Below the pieces are notes generated by a model that worked only from the letters and a program-made list of their open reading frames with translations, did not search any database and was not told the DNA's origin. Shown one piece after another: positions 1 to 9,906 of a stretch of 40,104 nucleotides of DNA. The stretch is from positions 1 to 40,104 of IMG/VR virus record IMGVR_UViG_3300046777_001244; one strand, written 5' to 3'. Numbering within the stretch: position 1 is the stretch's first letter; each line of letters begins with the position of its first letter. This DNA comes from a virus (Duplodnaviria > Caudoviricetes). A program made the translations under genes and the position numbers.

Positions 1-2
1 CC

Positions 3-89
3 ATCTTCTTCATGGCCCAGCGCGGCGAAGCCACCCAACAGCAGTGGCTGGACAAGGTGGCCGAGATCAAGGCGCGGTGGCCCGCATGA
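3..89 (+). CDS. 3' end of a gene truncated by the window edge; tail-fibre assembly/chaperone-like C-terminus
   Basis: Open frame IFFMAQRGEATQQQWLDKVAEIKARWPA* ending at TGA 87-89, overlapping next ATG (ATGA). Confidence 0.55.
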   Translation: MFFMAQRGEATQQQWLDKVAEIKARWPA

Positions 90-418
90 TCACGCTCATT
101 GCCCTCGTTTTCGCAGCTAGCTACGCGCTGTGGATCTTCTACCTCGCCGTGATGAACCTGAAGCGCGTGCGTGACGCGGGCAAGCTCGGCACCGTTGCCA
201 AAGTGTTCGGCTACCCGGTGCTGCTGGTGGGCTACGCGCTGGATGTGCTGGTCAACGTCACGCTGATGACCGTGCTTTTCTTGGAGATCCCCCGAGAGAC
301 AACCGTGACCGCGAGGCTCAAGCGCCACAACCGCACAGGCTCAGGCTGGCGTCAGCGACTGGCTGCGTGGTTTGAGCCGTTGATCGACCCTTACGACCCC
401 AGCGGGGATCACATCTAG
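86..418 (+). CDS. Small membrane protein (phage hypothetical, next to lysis genes)
   Basis: ATG at 86 coupled to upstream stop; two hydrophobic segments; ETTVTARLKR motif. Confidence 0.7.
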   Translation: MITLIALVFAASYALWIFYLAVMNLKRVRDAGKLGTVAKVFGYPVLLVGYALDVLVNVTLMTVLFLEIPRETTVTARLKRHNRTGSGWRQRLAAWFEPLIDPYDPSGDHI

Positions 419-426
419 GAAACAAC

Positions 427-906
427 ATGCTTCCCATCGTTGCATCCATCGTCTCAGGACTGATCTCCAACGGCCTGCCCAAAATTGCTGACGCGGTTTT
501 GGAAAAAGGTGTGGATTACGTTGAGCAAAAACTTGGCGTGACGCTCAAGCCTGAAGACAAAATGAAACCCGAGGATGTCAAAGACCTTCGGGAGCGGGCT
601 ATGCAGCATGCTGAGTTTATGGTGGAGCAAGAGGTTAAGGACAAGGCCAATGCCCGCGATATGGCTAAGGCCGCGATGGCATCAAACGATTGGTTCGTTA
701 GGCGCTTTACCTACTTCTTCATCACAGCGTGGTCCATCTTTGCGATGGTGTACATCCCGTACATTACCTTTGGAACCATCCCTGTTGAGAACACGCGGTT
801 TGCTGACACCATCCTAGGCTTCATGCTGGGAACGGTGATGGCTTCAATGTTCAACTTCCTGCTTGGTTCCTCGTTTGGCAGTCGCAAAAAGGATGAGCAG
901 AAGTGA
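427..906 (+). CDS. Putative holin (C-terminal transmembrane helices)
   Basis: Two C-terminal TM segments, FLLGSS motif, basic tail, overlaps endolysin start. Confidence 0.7.
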   Translation: MLPIVASIVSGLISNGLPKIADAVLEKGVDYVEQKLGVTLKPEDKMKPEDVKDLRERAMQHAEFMVEQEVKDKANARDMAKAAMASNDWFVRRFTYFFITAWSIFAMVYIPYITFGTIPVENTRFADTILGFMLGTVMASMFNFLLGSSFGSRKKDEQK

Positions 907-1502
907 TCACGGAGCAGCATCTGTCTGCCGCAGGGGTAAAAAACCCCGGCGCGTGGCTTGCTGCTATTCAATCGGCTTGTGCTGAGTTCCAGATCAATAC
1001 GCCTAGACAGATCGCTGCCTTCATCGCCCAGACTGCCCATGAAAGTGCCGGGTACACCCGCCTAACAGAAAACCTGAACTACAGCGCCGAAGCCTTGATG
1101 CGCATTTGGCCTAAGCGGTTCCCTACCAAAACTGTTGCCGATGCCTTTGCCCGCAAGCCGGAACTGATCGCCAATCAGGTGTACTCCAGCCGTATGGGCA
1201 ATGGCCCCGTGCAGAGCGGAGACGGGTGGAAGTTTATCGGCAGGGGGCTTAAACAACTTACCGGCAGAGACAACTACACCCGTTGTGGGGCCGCGTTGGG
1301 CGTTAAGTTTGTTGACAACCCTGACTTGTTGCTTCGGCCTGTGGGGGCATCGCGCTCTGCTGGATGGTTTTGGCGCGTGAATAACTGCGGACCCTTGGCA
1401 GATGCAGGTGAGTTTGAGAAACTGACCAAGCGTATCAACGGTGGGCTCATCGGTCTTGAGGATCGCAAAGCGCGGTACGACAAGGTAATGCAATGCCTCT
1501 GA
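903..1502 (+). CDS. Endolysin, glycoside hydrolase family 19 (chitinase-like)
   Basis: AAFIAQTAHES, ENLNYS, GRGLKQLTGRDNY, TKRINGG motifs. Confidence 0.92.
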   Translation: MITEQHLSAAGVKNPGAWLAAIQSACAEFQINTPRQIAAFIAQTAHESAGYTRLTENLNYSAEALMRIWPKRFPTKTVADAFARKPELIANQVYSSRMGNGPVQSGDGWKFIGRGLKQLTGRDNYTRCGAALGVKFVDNPDLLLRPVGASRSAGWFWRVNNCGPLADAGEFEKLTKRINGGLIGLEDRKARYDKVMQCL

Positions 1503-3376
1503 AAAAATTCCTTCCCGCGCCCGGTGTCAATCGTGAAAATTCACGCTACACCAACGAAGGCCGCTGGTTCTCCTGCGACAAGGTGCGGTTTCGCCAGGGC
1601 ACGCCTGAAAAAATTGGCGGCTGGCAGCAGGTACTGAACAATCAGTTTCTAGGAATTTGCCGGTCTTTGTGGGCATGGGCGTCTTCTGCTGGCGTTAAAT
1701 TTGTCGGCATTGGAACGAACCTCAAATACTACATCGCCCTAGCTAACGGGGGAATTTACAACGACGTTACCCCAATCAGGGAAACCGCTACCCTGAATAA
1801 CCCGTTTGTTGGCAACGGAACCACGACGGTTACAGTTACTGATGTCGCTCATGGGGCGTTTACTGGGGACTATGTAACCTACAGCGGAGCCACGGGAACT
1901 TACGCCAGTACGTTCAACGCTGAGTTCCAAGTGACAGTTTTAACGACAGACACGTACACCATCTCAACTGGCTCAGCTATTCTTGCTGGAACTTACGGCG
2001 GCGCATCTGTTTCTGCGGCGTACCAGATTAACACTGGTGATGTGCTGCAAAACACCGTAAGCGGCTGGGGTGGTGGTGGATGGGGACTTGGCGGATGGGG
2101 CGTTGGTCAATCATCAACAACGTCCCTTCGTGTATGGAACCACTACAACTTTGGTGAGGATTTGATCTTTGGCCCTAAAGATGGGCCGATGTACTACTGG
2201 GATCAAAGTGCTGGGCTGACAACTCGCGGGGTGGCTCTGACGTCTTTGCCGGGGGCGTCTAATGTTCCGACAGTGCAATCTTTGTTAATGGTGTCGGATG
2301 CCTCAAGGTTTGTACTTGCCTTTGGTTGCAATGACTACGGATCATCCACTCAAGACACCATGCTTATCCGGTGGTCTGAGCAGGAAAACGCAGCTAACTG
2401 GACACCAGCAGCCACCAACCAAGCGGGCAGTCTTCGTCTATCTCATGGATCAGCCATTGAGGCTGTAGCTCAAGTACGCCAAGAAATTTTGGTGTGGACA
2501 GATACTGCTTTGTACTCCCTTCAGTACCTTGGCCCTCCAATCGTATGGGGGTCACAACTGCTGGCTGATAGTATTTCCATCATCAGTGATCGAGCGTGGG
2601 GCAATGCTGCGGGCGTTACCTACTGGATGGGTAACGAGAAGTTTTATCTGTACGATGGCCGAGTTCAGTCTTTGGACTGTGATGTCCGCCAGTACATCTT
2701 TAGTGACTTTAACTATTCTCAATCTCAACAAGTCTTTGGTGGGACTAACGAGCAGTTTGGTGAAGTCTGGTGGTTCTACTGTTCCGCAAGTAGTACGTCT
2801 ATAGACAGATATGTGATCTACAACTACTTGGAAAAGGTGTGGTACTACGGCACTCTTGGACGGACTGCTTGGATTGACACCAGCGTATCTAACACCGTTC
2901 CAATGGCAAGTGATTACAACAGGCGCTTGATCTACCACGAAACCGGGACAGACGACAACTCCACGACCACGACTCTTCCGATTGAGGCGTTTGTTACCTC
3001 GGCAGAGTTTGACATTGACGACGGGTATAACTTTGGTTTTATCTGGCGGGTGCTGCCTGACGTAAATTTTACGGGCTCAACTTCTGAGAACCCTGTGATG
3101 AACCTGACCCTTTTGCCTTTGCAAAACTCAGGCTCAGGGTATACCCGAGGTGTGGACCCCGTTTCTTCTGTCACTGCAAATATGTCTGTGGCGGGGGAGA
3201 ACTCATTTCCTGTAGTGCGCAGTGCTACGGTGCCTGTAGAAAAATTTACAGGGCAAGTCAACATCCGTGTTCGCGGGCGGCAGATGTCTTTGAAGGCATC
3301 ATCTGATGCAATTGGAGTTCAGTGGCAGCTTGGTTCGTGCCGACTCGATGTGCGGAATGACGGGCGTAAATCGTGA
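1493..3376 (+). CDS. Podovirus tail tubular protein B / head-tail stabilisation protein
   Basis: 627 aa, beta-rich with IRWS, GRTAW and C-terminal RGRQ motifs; position before ejection-type genes. Confidence 0.7.
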   Translation: MPLKKFLPAPGVNRENSRYTNEGRWFSCDKVRFRQGTPEKIGGWQQVLNNQFLGICRSLWAWASSAGVKFVGIGTNLKYYIALANGGIYNDVTPIRETATLNNPFVGNGTTTVTVTDVAHGAFTGDYVTYSGATGTYASTFNAEFQVTVLTTDTYTISTGSAILAGTYGGASVSAAYQINTGDVLQNTVSGWGGGGWGLGGWGVGQSSTTSLRVWNHYNFGEDLIFGPKDGPMYYWDQSAGLTTRGVALTSLPGASNVPTVQSLLMVSDASRFVLAFGCNDYGSSTQDTMLIRWSEQENAANWTPAATNQAGSLRLSHGSAIEAVAQVRQEILVWTDTALYSLQYLGPPIVWGSQLLADSISIISDRAWGNAAGVTYWMGNEKFYLYDGRVQSLDCDVRQYIFSDFNYSQSQQVFGGTNEQFGEVWWFYCSASSTSIDRYVIYNYLEKVWYYGTLGRTAWIDTSVSNTVPMASDYNRRLIYHETGTDDNSTTTTLPIEAFVTSAEFDIDDGYNFGFIWRVLPDVNFTGSTSENPVMNLTLLPLQNSGSGYTRGVDPVSSVTANMSVAGENSFPVVRSATVPVEKFTGQVNIRVRGRQMSLKASSDAIGVQWQLGSCRLDVRNDGRKS

Positions 3377-4743
3377 CTATCTGGTCAGCCATCATCAAGC
3401 GCTTCAAAGCGCCGTCACTCCCAAAGCCGACAGTGGAGTACGACAGGGCCTACATGGATGGGCTTGTCAATATCCTTCGCCTGTACTTCAACCAACTAGA
3501 CAACCTACTGGGGCAGATCGTGGCAACTACTGGAAGCGCTGTGCCAGTCTCCATCGGCGGGACGAATGTTGACGCCTTTGGCCGGCTGCGAACTAGCGCA
3601 CCGTACACCATCTTTGATTCTCAGAACCGCTACGCTATTGACAACCAGTTTGACACGAGCACGGCCACTGGAGGGTCAACCACGTACCTGCCCAACGAAT
3701 CATCGGTGCGGATGGATGTCACCACTTCCAGTGGTTCTGAAGTTGTAAGGCAGACTTACAGGTGCATGCCGTACCAGCCGGGTAAGGGGTTGTTGTGTTT
3801 GGCTACGTTCGTTATGAACACCCCCAAGACCGGGCTTCGCCAGCGGGTGGGGTACTTTGGAACCCAGAACGGCGTGTTCCTCCAGCAAGCAGACAGCACG
3901 GTTTCGTTTGTTCTGCGGTCTTACATCACAGGGTCTGTTAGCGATGCGCGGGCGGTCAACCAAGCGGATTGGAACGGCGACAAACTTGATGGAACAGGAG
4001 ACTCAGGGTTTACCCTAGACCTGACCAAAGCACAAATTTTGTGGATGGACTTTGAGTGGCTTGGGGTAGGTTCGGTTCGTTGTGGGTTCATCATTGACGG
4101 GCAGTACATCGTTTGCCACACGTTTGAGAATGCAAACGACATCACTTCTGTCTACATGACCACGGCAATTTTGCCGGTCAGGTATGAGATTACAAACATC
4201 GCAGCGACCGCAAGCGCTTCGTCCCTGAAACAAATTTGCTCCTCGGTGGTTTCAGAAGGTGGATACGAGCAGACATCCATCGAGCACATTGCCCGCAGGA
4301 CAACGACCAGAACGTCAATTAGCACGACATTTGTTCCTCTGGTGTCTGTCCGGCTGGCTTCCACGGCACTGAACGCAGTGGTGCTGCCCGTAAAATTTAA
4401 CGTAATGCCGACCTCGACGGGGGATGACTTTGAGGTTATTCTGGCAAAGAACAGCACAGGGCTGACTGGGGCCTCTTGGGCTGCGGTGGCAAGCAATGCC
4501 AACGTAGAACAAGACACTTCTGCCACGGCTATGACGGTGGGCACCATCGTAGATATCCAGTACGTAAAAGCCTCTAACCAGTCCAGCGGTACGATCAACC
4601 AACCTGCGGCGTACAACTGGGATCTTCAGTTGGGCTCCTCCTTGACGGGGACGAGTGATATCTATACGCTGGGCATCCGGGTGCTGTCTGGCTCCTCCGG
4701 TGCGGCCATCGGGTCTTTGACCTTCTACGATTTGACGCAGTAA
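3373..4743 (+). CDS. Virion structural protein (tail-associated)
   Basis: N-terminal LP.P..EY...LRLYFNQLD segment then DAFGRLR...YQPGK beta-rich domain; Thr/Ser-rich. Confidence 0.55.
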   Translation: MTIWSAIIKRFKAPSLPKPTVEYDRAYMDGLVNILRLYFNQLDNLLGQIVATTGSAVPVSIGGTNVDAFGRLRTSAPYTIFDSQNRYAIDNQFDTSTATGGSTTYLPNESSVRMDVTTSSGSEVVRQTYRCMPYQPGKGLLCLATFVMNTPKTGLRQRVGYFGTQNGVFLQQADSTVSFVLRSYITGSVSDARAVNQADWNGDKLDGTGDSGFTLDLTKAQILWMDFEWLGVGSVRCGFIIDGQYIVCHTFENANDITSVYMTTAILPVRYEITNIAATASASSLKQICSSVVSEGGYEQTSIEHIARRTTTRTSISTTFVPLVSVRLASTALNAVVLPVKFNVMPTSTGDDFEVILAKNSTGLTGASWAAVASNANVEQDTSATAMTVGTIVDIQYVKASNQSSGTINQPAAYNWDLQLGSSLTGTSDIYTLGIRVLSGSSGAAIGSLTFYDLTQ

Positions 4744-4786
4744 TACGAACATGCGGGCGCACACAGTTTACGGTTGAGGGCTAAAC

Positions 4787-6466
4787 ATGATTCCACAATT
4801 TGTGTTTGATCCCACAAAGGTTAATTTTGAGCCCGGAACTTTTGACGGGGGTTATTGGAATTCCATTTTTAGTGGTCTTGGCATTGATACTTCCAAACCA
4901 ATGCCTTGGGTAAAACCGCCTGCGCCGTTTAGATCAGATATAGAGAGCCATTGGAAAAATCTCGGCATTAACCCGGATATTAAGGGAACAAACAGGCTTG
5001 ATGAGCTTGTTACCATTCTCCAAAACAACTCAATTAGCGACTTATCCAAACTCAAGATTCAAGCCACGCCGTATGAGCAAGAAATACACTACGCAGGCAA
5101 TGAAGAAAATTTGCCTTCTACAGAAATTCATAAAGGCGTACACGGAAAACTGTTGTACGGCGATCAGTCATTTGGTCGGTTGCCTGGAATTGGTAAAGAT
5201 GAAGTAATACCGCGAGAGTTTTTGGGAAGCCCAAGAAAGAACGTCTACACACTTGCTAGTTCATCCGCAGGAAAACGCGGTGGCGTAGATTACAACGCCT
5301 ACACAGATGATGAAGGAAACATCAAAGCTATTGTTCCTGAGTGGGTAGGAAGTGATAGTGGGTGGTCCGCTTTTCTCCCCGTGCTTGGCCTACTTGCTGC
5401 GCCATTTACTGGCGGGCTTTCTACTGCTTTGGGGGGTGGCCTTGCAGGAACCATTGGAGCAAACGCGCTTATCCAAGGCGGTATTGCTGGGTTGGCGGGG
5501 CAAGACCCTTTGCAGGCGGCAATTCGTGGTGGGGTTACCGCAGGCATCGGATCGCTTGTAAACCCTATCGCAAGTTCTATCGGTGCTGACGTATTTAACG
5601 CAACGGACAGCAAGTTCCTCAGCGATATTGTTTCCGGTGCGGTAAAGGGTGTGCCGGGTGCGCTGATGTCTGGTGACGCCAGCAACCTGTTGACGGGCGC
5701 TGTGACGGGGGCCGTGGGTTCTCAGGTGGGAGAGCAGCTTGGATTGACGCCTCAGCAGGGGCAAGCGGTTACAAGTGTTGCGTCGAAGTTGTTGCAAGGC
5801 GGCGACCTAAGCCCAGCCGATTTCATGAGAATTGGCACTTCTTTTGCTCCCGGTTCTGCTATGCCCGGAACCACCGGGAATGAGATCACGGAAGGCTTCT
5901 TTGAGCCGGGTGGTGAAGGCTTCATGCCTACAGAGTACCTTGATGATGCCGAAGTTGACCGCGAAATGCAAAGTCTGCTTGGCCGGTATCCAGCACCACA
6001 GCCGCCTAGTGACTGGTTCCTTGGCGAGAATATCGCATCTGGCATCCCCGAATGGGACATGGCAGCGGTCAACGCTGGACTTCCCATTGGTAATCTTGAA
6101 CAGGACTTTTTCGTAGCACAGACGAAAGAAGGCCCACGGATCGTAGATAGCGCAGGCAATGTCGGCAATTTTGTCAACGGTGAGTTTGTGGTGGATACGG
6201 GTGTTACGCCAAACCTAAGCTACGCTGCCACTAGCGCGCCCACTCCTGCACCCGCACCGGGACCATCCACTGCACCCGGCAAAGCCCTTGCTCCCAAGGC
6301 ACAATCGGGCATGGACCCTCGGTTGTTTTCATTCTTGATGGGAATGATGAACCAAGACGAGGATAAGCCCGACCCGTATCAGGTGGCGCAGATCAATGCA
6401 CGAAGCCCGTTTGGAACAATTTACGACCAGCAGCAAGATCTGTTGGGCATGATTGGAAGAGGTTAA
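4787..6466 (+). CDS. Putative internal virion/ejection protein
   Basis: 559 aa, Gly/Ala-rich hydrophobic helices in the middle, Pro-rich linker; in structural operon. Confidence 0.5.
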   Translation: MIPQFVFDPTKVNFEPGTFDGGYWNSIFSGLGIDTSKPMPWVKPPAPFRSDIESHWKNLGINPDIKGTNRLDELVTILQNNSISDLSKLKIQATPYEQEIHYAGNEENLPSTEIHKGVHGKLLYGDQSFGRLPGIGKDEVIPREFLGSPRKNVYTLASSSAGKRGGVDYNAYTDDEGNIKAIVPEWVGSDSGWSAFLPVLGLLAAPFTGGLSTALGGGLAGTIGANALIQGGIAGLAGQDPLQAAIRGGVTAGIGSLVNPIASSIGADVFNATDSKFLSDIVSGAVKGVPGALMSGDASNLLTGAVTGAVGSQVGEQLGLTPQQGQAVTSVASKLLQGGDLSPADFMRIGTSFAPGSAMPGTTGNEITEGFFEPGGEGFMPTEYLDDAEVDREMQSLLGRYPAPQPPSDWFLGENIASGIPEWDMAAVNAGLPIGNLEQDFFVAQTKEGPRIVDSAGNVGNFVNGEFVVDTGVTPNLSYAATSAPTPAPAPGPSTAPGKALAPKAQSGMDPRLFSFLMGMMNQDEDKPDPYQVAQINARSPFGTIYDQQQDLLGMIGRG

Positions 6467-6468
6467 AT

Positions 6469-7248
6469 ATGGATGACGATGAAAAGTACGGCATTGGGGA
6501 TGCGCTGCAATATCTAGGTTGGGGTGACCAACCGGGCGATTACCCTACGCCATCAAACTACCAAGCGTATCTTGGCTCTGGTGATCAGGAAGGCGATTAC
6601 CCTATGCCATCAAACTACCAAGCGTATCTTGGTAGCGGCGATCAACCGGGCGATTACCCTATGCCCACCAATCCACAGACGCCGGGAGCATTTGGCGGAA
6701 CGAGTTGGGACCGACTGTTCTCAAACATCAAGAACATCGGCGGCAAAGCGTTAAATTTTGCGGGCACCAACCAAGGCATCATGGCAATCCTTGCTGCGAT
6801 TGCTGCGGCGGCAGATCGTCAAAAGCCCCGAGGTGGCGGAACCGCTCAAGCCTACGCTGGCCCTACTCCCGTTACCCGCACGATGACGCAAGGCAGGTAC
6901 GGCCCCATTGCTAGGTACGCAGCCAATGGTGGTTTGATGCAGGCTTACGCCCAAGGGGGCAAGGTGCAGATGGAAGACGGCGGTTTTGTAATGACCGAGA
7001 AAGCCGTCAAAGAAGCAGGAAAACTTGCAGCAGGGGGGATTACATCTCTCTTGCCCGGTGCGAAAATGATCCGTGGACCGGGAACGGGAACAAGCGATTC
7101 CATCCCAGCGGTCATTCATGGGGCTAACAGTTCAACCCCTGCCAGAGTTTCTAACGGGGAAGCGTATGTCCCGAAGCATGTGGTTGACCAGAACGGCGGA
7201 TCGCAACAAATGTACGCACTGATGAACAAGCTCCAGAGGAGAGTGTGA
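6469..7248 (+). CDS. Putative internal virion protein with tape-measure-like GPGTGTSDSIPA motif
   Basis: YAxGG motifs, GPGTGTSDSIPA..VSNGEAYV motif, N-terminal tandem repeat. Confidence 0.55.
   Translation: MDDDEKYGIGDALQYLGWGDQPGDYPTPSNYQAYLGSGDQEGDYPMPSNYQAYLGSGDQPGDYPMPTNPQTPGAFGGTSWDRLFSNIKNIGGKALNFAGTNQGIMAILAAIAAAADRQKPRGGGTAQAYAGPTPVTRTMTQGRYGPIARYAANGGLMQAYAQGGKVQMEDGGFVMTEKAVKEAGKLAAGGITSLLPGAKMIRGPGTGTSDSIPAVIHGANSSTPARVSNGEAYVPKHVVDQNGGSQQMYALMNKLQRRV
6523..6666 (+). repeat. 57-bp in-frame tandem repeat, about 2.5 copies (GDQxGDYPxPSNYQAYLGS)
   Basis: TACCCT recurs at 6541, 6598 and 6655. Confidence 0.95.
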
Positions 7249-8054
7249 TGACAACCACCGCAATCGACCCCTCTCAATCTACCCTCTCTCCCAATTTTTC
7301 CTCGTATGTCTATGACATGCTGGGTAAAGGGCAGGGGCTTGCAAGCCTGCCGTACCAAGAGTTCACCGGCCAGCGGTTTGCTGGGCCGTCTCAGTTGCAG
7401 TCTCAGGCGTTCACAGGGCTAGGATCTCTTCAGGCACCGTCTTATTTCCAGCAAGGCGCTGGGATGCTTGGTGGTGCTGGTGGTTCGTTTACTGATCCCG
7501 GTACAGCGCAGACGTTCATGTCTCCGTACATGCAGAGCGTGGTGGACATCAATAAACGAGAAGCACAACGGCAAGCGGACATCGCCGGTACTCAGCGGGG
7601 TGCCAAATTTGCACAGGCCGGAGCGTTTGGTGGAGCAAGACAGGCCATTGAGAACGCCGAAGCAGATCGAAACCTTCAGATGCAGTTTGGGGACATCCAA
7701 GCCAAGGGTCTGCAAAGCGCCTTTGACCAAGCCCAGAAGCAGTACAACGCCGAACAAGAAGCACGTATGCGGTCTGGGTATAGCCTGAGTTCACTCGGCC
7801 TTGAGGGACTGAAGCAACAACTTGGTGCTGGTGCAACTCAGCAGCAACTGGAACAGCAGCCGCTTGACTTTGGTTACCAGCAGTTCCAAGAATCCATGAA
7901 GTACCCGTACCAGCAGGCTACGTTCCAGCAAAGTCTGCTGCAAGGTCTGCCCCTCCAAGCGCGGCCTTATGACGAAGGCCAGGGTATTCTGGGTTCACTG
8001 ATGCAGGGTGGGTTGTCTGGACTGGCGCTGTACAACTTGCTGAACAAGCCTTGA
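7245..8054 (+). CDS. DNA transfer/ejection protein
   Basis: Gln/Gly-rich; MSPYMQSV, AGAFGGARQA motifs typical of podovirus pilot proteins. Confidence 0.65.
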   Translation: MMTTTAIDPSQSTLSPNFSSYVYDMLGKGQGLASLPYQEFTGQRFAGPSQLQSQAFTGLGSLQAPSYFQQGAGMLGGAGGSFTDPGTAQTFMSPYMQSVVDINKREAQRQADIAGTQRGAKFAQAGAFGGARQAIENAEADRNLQMQFGDIQAKGLQSAFDQAQKQYNAEQEARMRSGYSLSSLGLEGLKQQLGAGATQQQLEQQPLDFGYQQFQESMKYPYQQATFQQSLLQGLPLQARPYDEGQGILGSLMQGGLSGLALYNLLNKP

Positions 8055-8061
8055 GGTAAAT

Positions 8062-9897
8062 ATGCAAGGAATCCAATCGCTGATGCCCGGTCAGGCTCAA
8101 CAGTCCCCGCTGCCGGGGATGATGCCGCAGCAGAGTTCTTCTACGCCTAGTGCAATGACGGGTTCCCTGAAGAACATGCCGATGGAACAGTTGAAGATGC
8201 TGTTCCAGAATCCTCAGCCGAACAGTCCCCCGTTGTGGGCGGTGATCTCTGCTTTGGCTGAGAAGCAGAAAGAAGCCCAGGCTATCCAGGCAGCGATGGG
8301 GCAGAGTGCTATGGCACAGAACGCCCAGATGCGGCAGCAACCTCCGGTGGCGGCACAGGTGGTTCAGGCAGCGCAGGGCGGCATCATGCAAGGCTACGCT
8401 GGTGGCGGTGCAGTTGCGTTTAGGCGCGGCGGCGATGTTCAGCACTTTAGTGATGGTTCAAAAGAGTTCGGTGTTTTGAGCGATCCAGAAGCCTATGCTT
8501 TGGATGCACTTCGTTCTGAACAGGAACAAAACAAGCAAAAGGTGCGTGATCTAGAAAACAGTTACTACTACTTGTTGTCGCAAAACGACCCTCGTGCAGC
8601 ACAGGTCAAACAACAGTTGGATGCGCTTTCTGGTCGCCCTTCTGTTACTGCGCGTCCAGCGCCTGCGCCCGTTCCTGTTATGTCGCCTGAAGCACAAGCA
8701 CTGATGAGCAGGCAAGGTCCGCGTGGCATCATGGCGTCTCCTCGCGCAACGCCAGCAGTACAACCACAGCAACGCCAGCAACGTCAGGAAGCGGCTCGAC
8801 CCGCAATGGCTACAGGCATTGCAAGTCCAGTAGAGGCTACAGGAACCCCTAGCCCTGATAGGATGTCTGAGATTGAATCTCAAGGAATTGCTGGCATCAA
8901 AGCTTTGCAAGACCTTATCCGTCAGCAGGGCAATGTTGATCCGCGCCTCGCAGAACTGCGTGAGGCAGCATACAAATCTTCACAGGACATCGCCGCCCGT
9001 CGTGAGCGTGACCGGCAGGCAATGCTGGAGGCTGGGCAGAAACGGTATGACGACATAACTGACTTGTTGATTGGCGCGGCGGGCGGAGCGCGGGGCAAGA
9101 CGTTTGGTGATGTGTTGTCTGGTGCTGTCGGTGGCGCTGGTGCTGCCCGTACTGCTAAGCGTGCAGAGTTCCAGAAAGTACAAGATGCGGCGCGGCAGGA
9201 GCAGAATGCCATTGACAATCTCAAACAAGCGCTGGCAGATAAGCGCGTGGCAGATATGTCTGGTGATGTGAATCAGCGCCGTCAAGCAGACATGAAGGTT
9301 GCCGAGGCTGAACTGAAGATTAGCGAACTTCGTTCTGGCATCCAGAAGGAACGCGCAACGCAAGAAGACCGAGCAGAGCAGCGTCAAATTTCACGTGAGC
9401 AGATGCAATCTCAAGAGCGCATCGCTGCGGCTAACCGTGCGGCTTCTGCTGCGTTAAGGAACCTGCCCGGACCTGAGCAGCAAATGGTTGAGCGTGTCAT
9501 CAAATCTTTGATGGATGCCAATCCCGGCATGGCTTACCACGAAGCCTATGACAAAGCACGTGGCGCTGGTCGGCCAGACAGAACTGTGCTGACGTATGAC
9601 CAAGCCGCAGACAACGTAGCCAAATTCCTTGATACCCAAGCTGGGATCATGGAAATGGCGGCTATTAAGAGGCGGGCAAAAGACGCAGGGCAACCAGAGC
9701 CTTCAATTCAAGACATCAGAGCCATTCTGATTCAGCGTGAGTTGCAGGGCGCAGGGTCACGTTTTGCAGGTCAAGGCTCCCCAACTGGCGCAAAAACCAT
9801 GACAATGGCTGATGTTCAGGCCACGGCTAAGTCAAGTGGCAAGACTGTGGACGAAGTGAAGAGGGCCGCCGCCGCCGCCGGCTATACCATTCAATAA
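8062..9897 (+). CDS. Putative ejection/internal virion protein (coiled-coil)
   Basis: 611 aa Gln/Ala-rich; AQGGIMQGYAGGG motif; GAGG RBS. Confidence 0.55.
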   Translation: MQGIQSLMPGQAQQSPLPGMMPQQSSSTPSAMTGSLKNMPMEQLKMLFQNPQPNSPPLWAVISALAEKQKEAQAIQAAMGQSAMAQNAQMRQQPPVAAQVVQAAQGGIMQGYAGGGAVAFRRGGDVQHFSDGSKEFGVLSDPEAYALDALRSEQEQNKQKVRDLENSYYYLLSQNDPRAAQVKQQLDALSGRPSVTARPAPAPVPVMSPEAQALMSRQGPRGIMASPRATPAVQPQQRQQRQEAARPAMATGIASPVEATGTPSPDRMSEIESQGIAGIKALQDLIRQQGNVDPRLAELREAAYKSSQDIAARRERDRQAMLEAGQKRYDDITDLLIGAAGGARGKTFGDVLSGAVGGAGAARTAKRAEFQKVQDAARQEQNAIDNLKQALADKRVADMSGDVNQRRQADMKVAEAELKISELRSGIQKERATQEDRAEQRQISREQMQSQERIAAANRAASAALRNLPGPEQQMVERVIKSLMDANPGMAYHEAYDKARGAGRPDRTVLTYDQAADNVAKFLDTQAGIMEMAAIKRRAKDAGQPEPSIQDIRAILIQRELQGAGSRFAGQGSPTGAKTMTMADVQATAKSSGKTVDEVKRAAAAAGYTIQ

Positions 9898-9906
9898 GGG
9901 GCATAC

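Noticed and set aside
575-817. Nested ORF as an o-spanin or antiholin
   Set aside because: No lipobox or RBS; out-of-frame overlap within the holin
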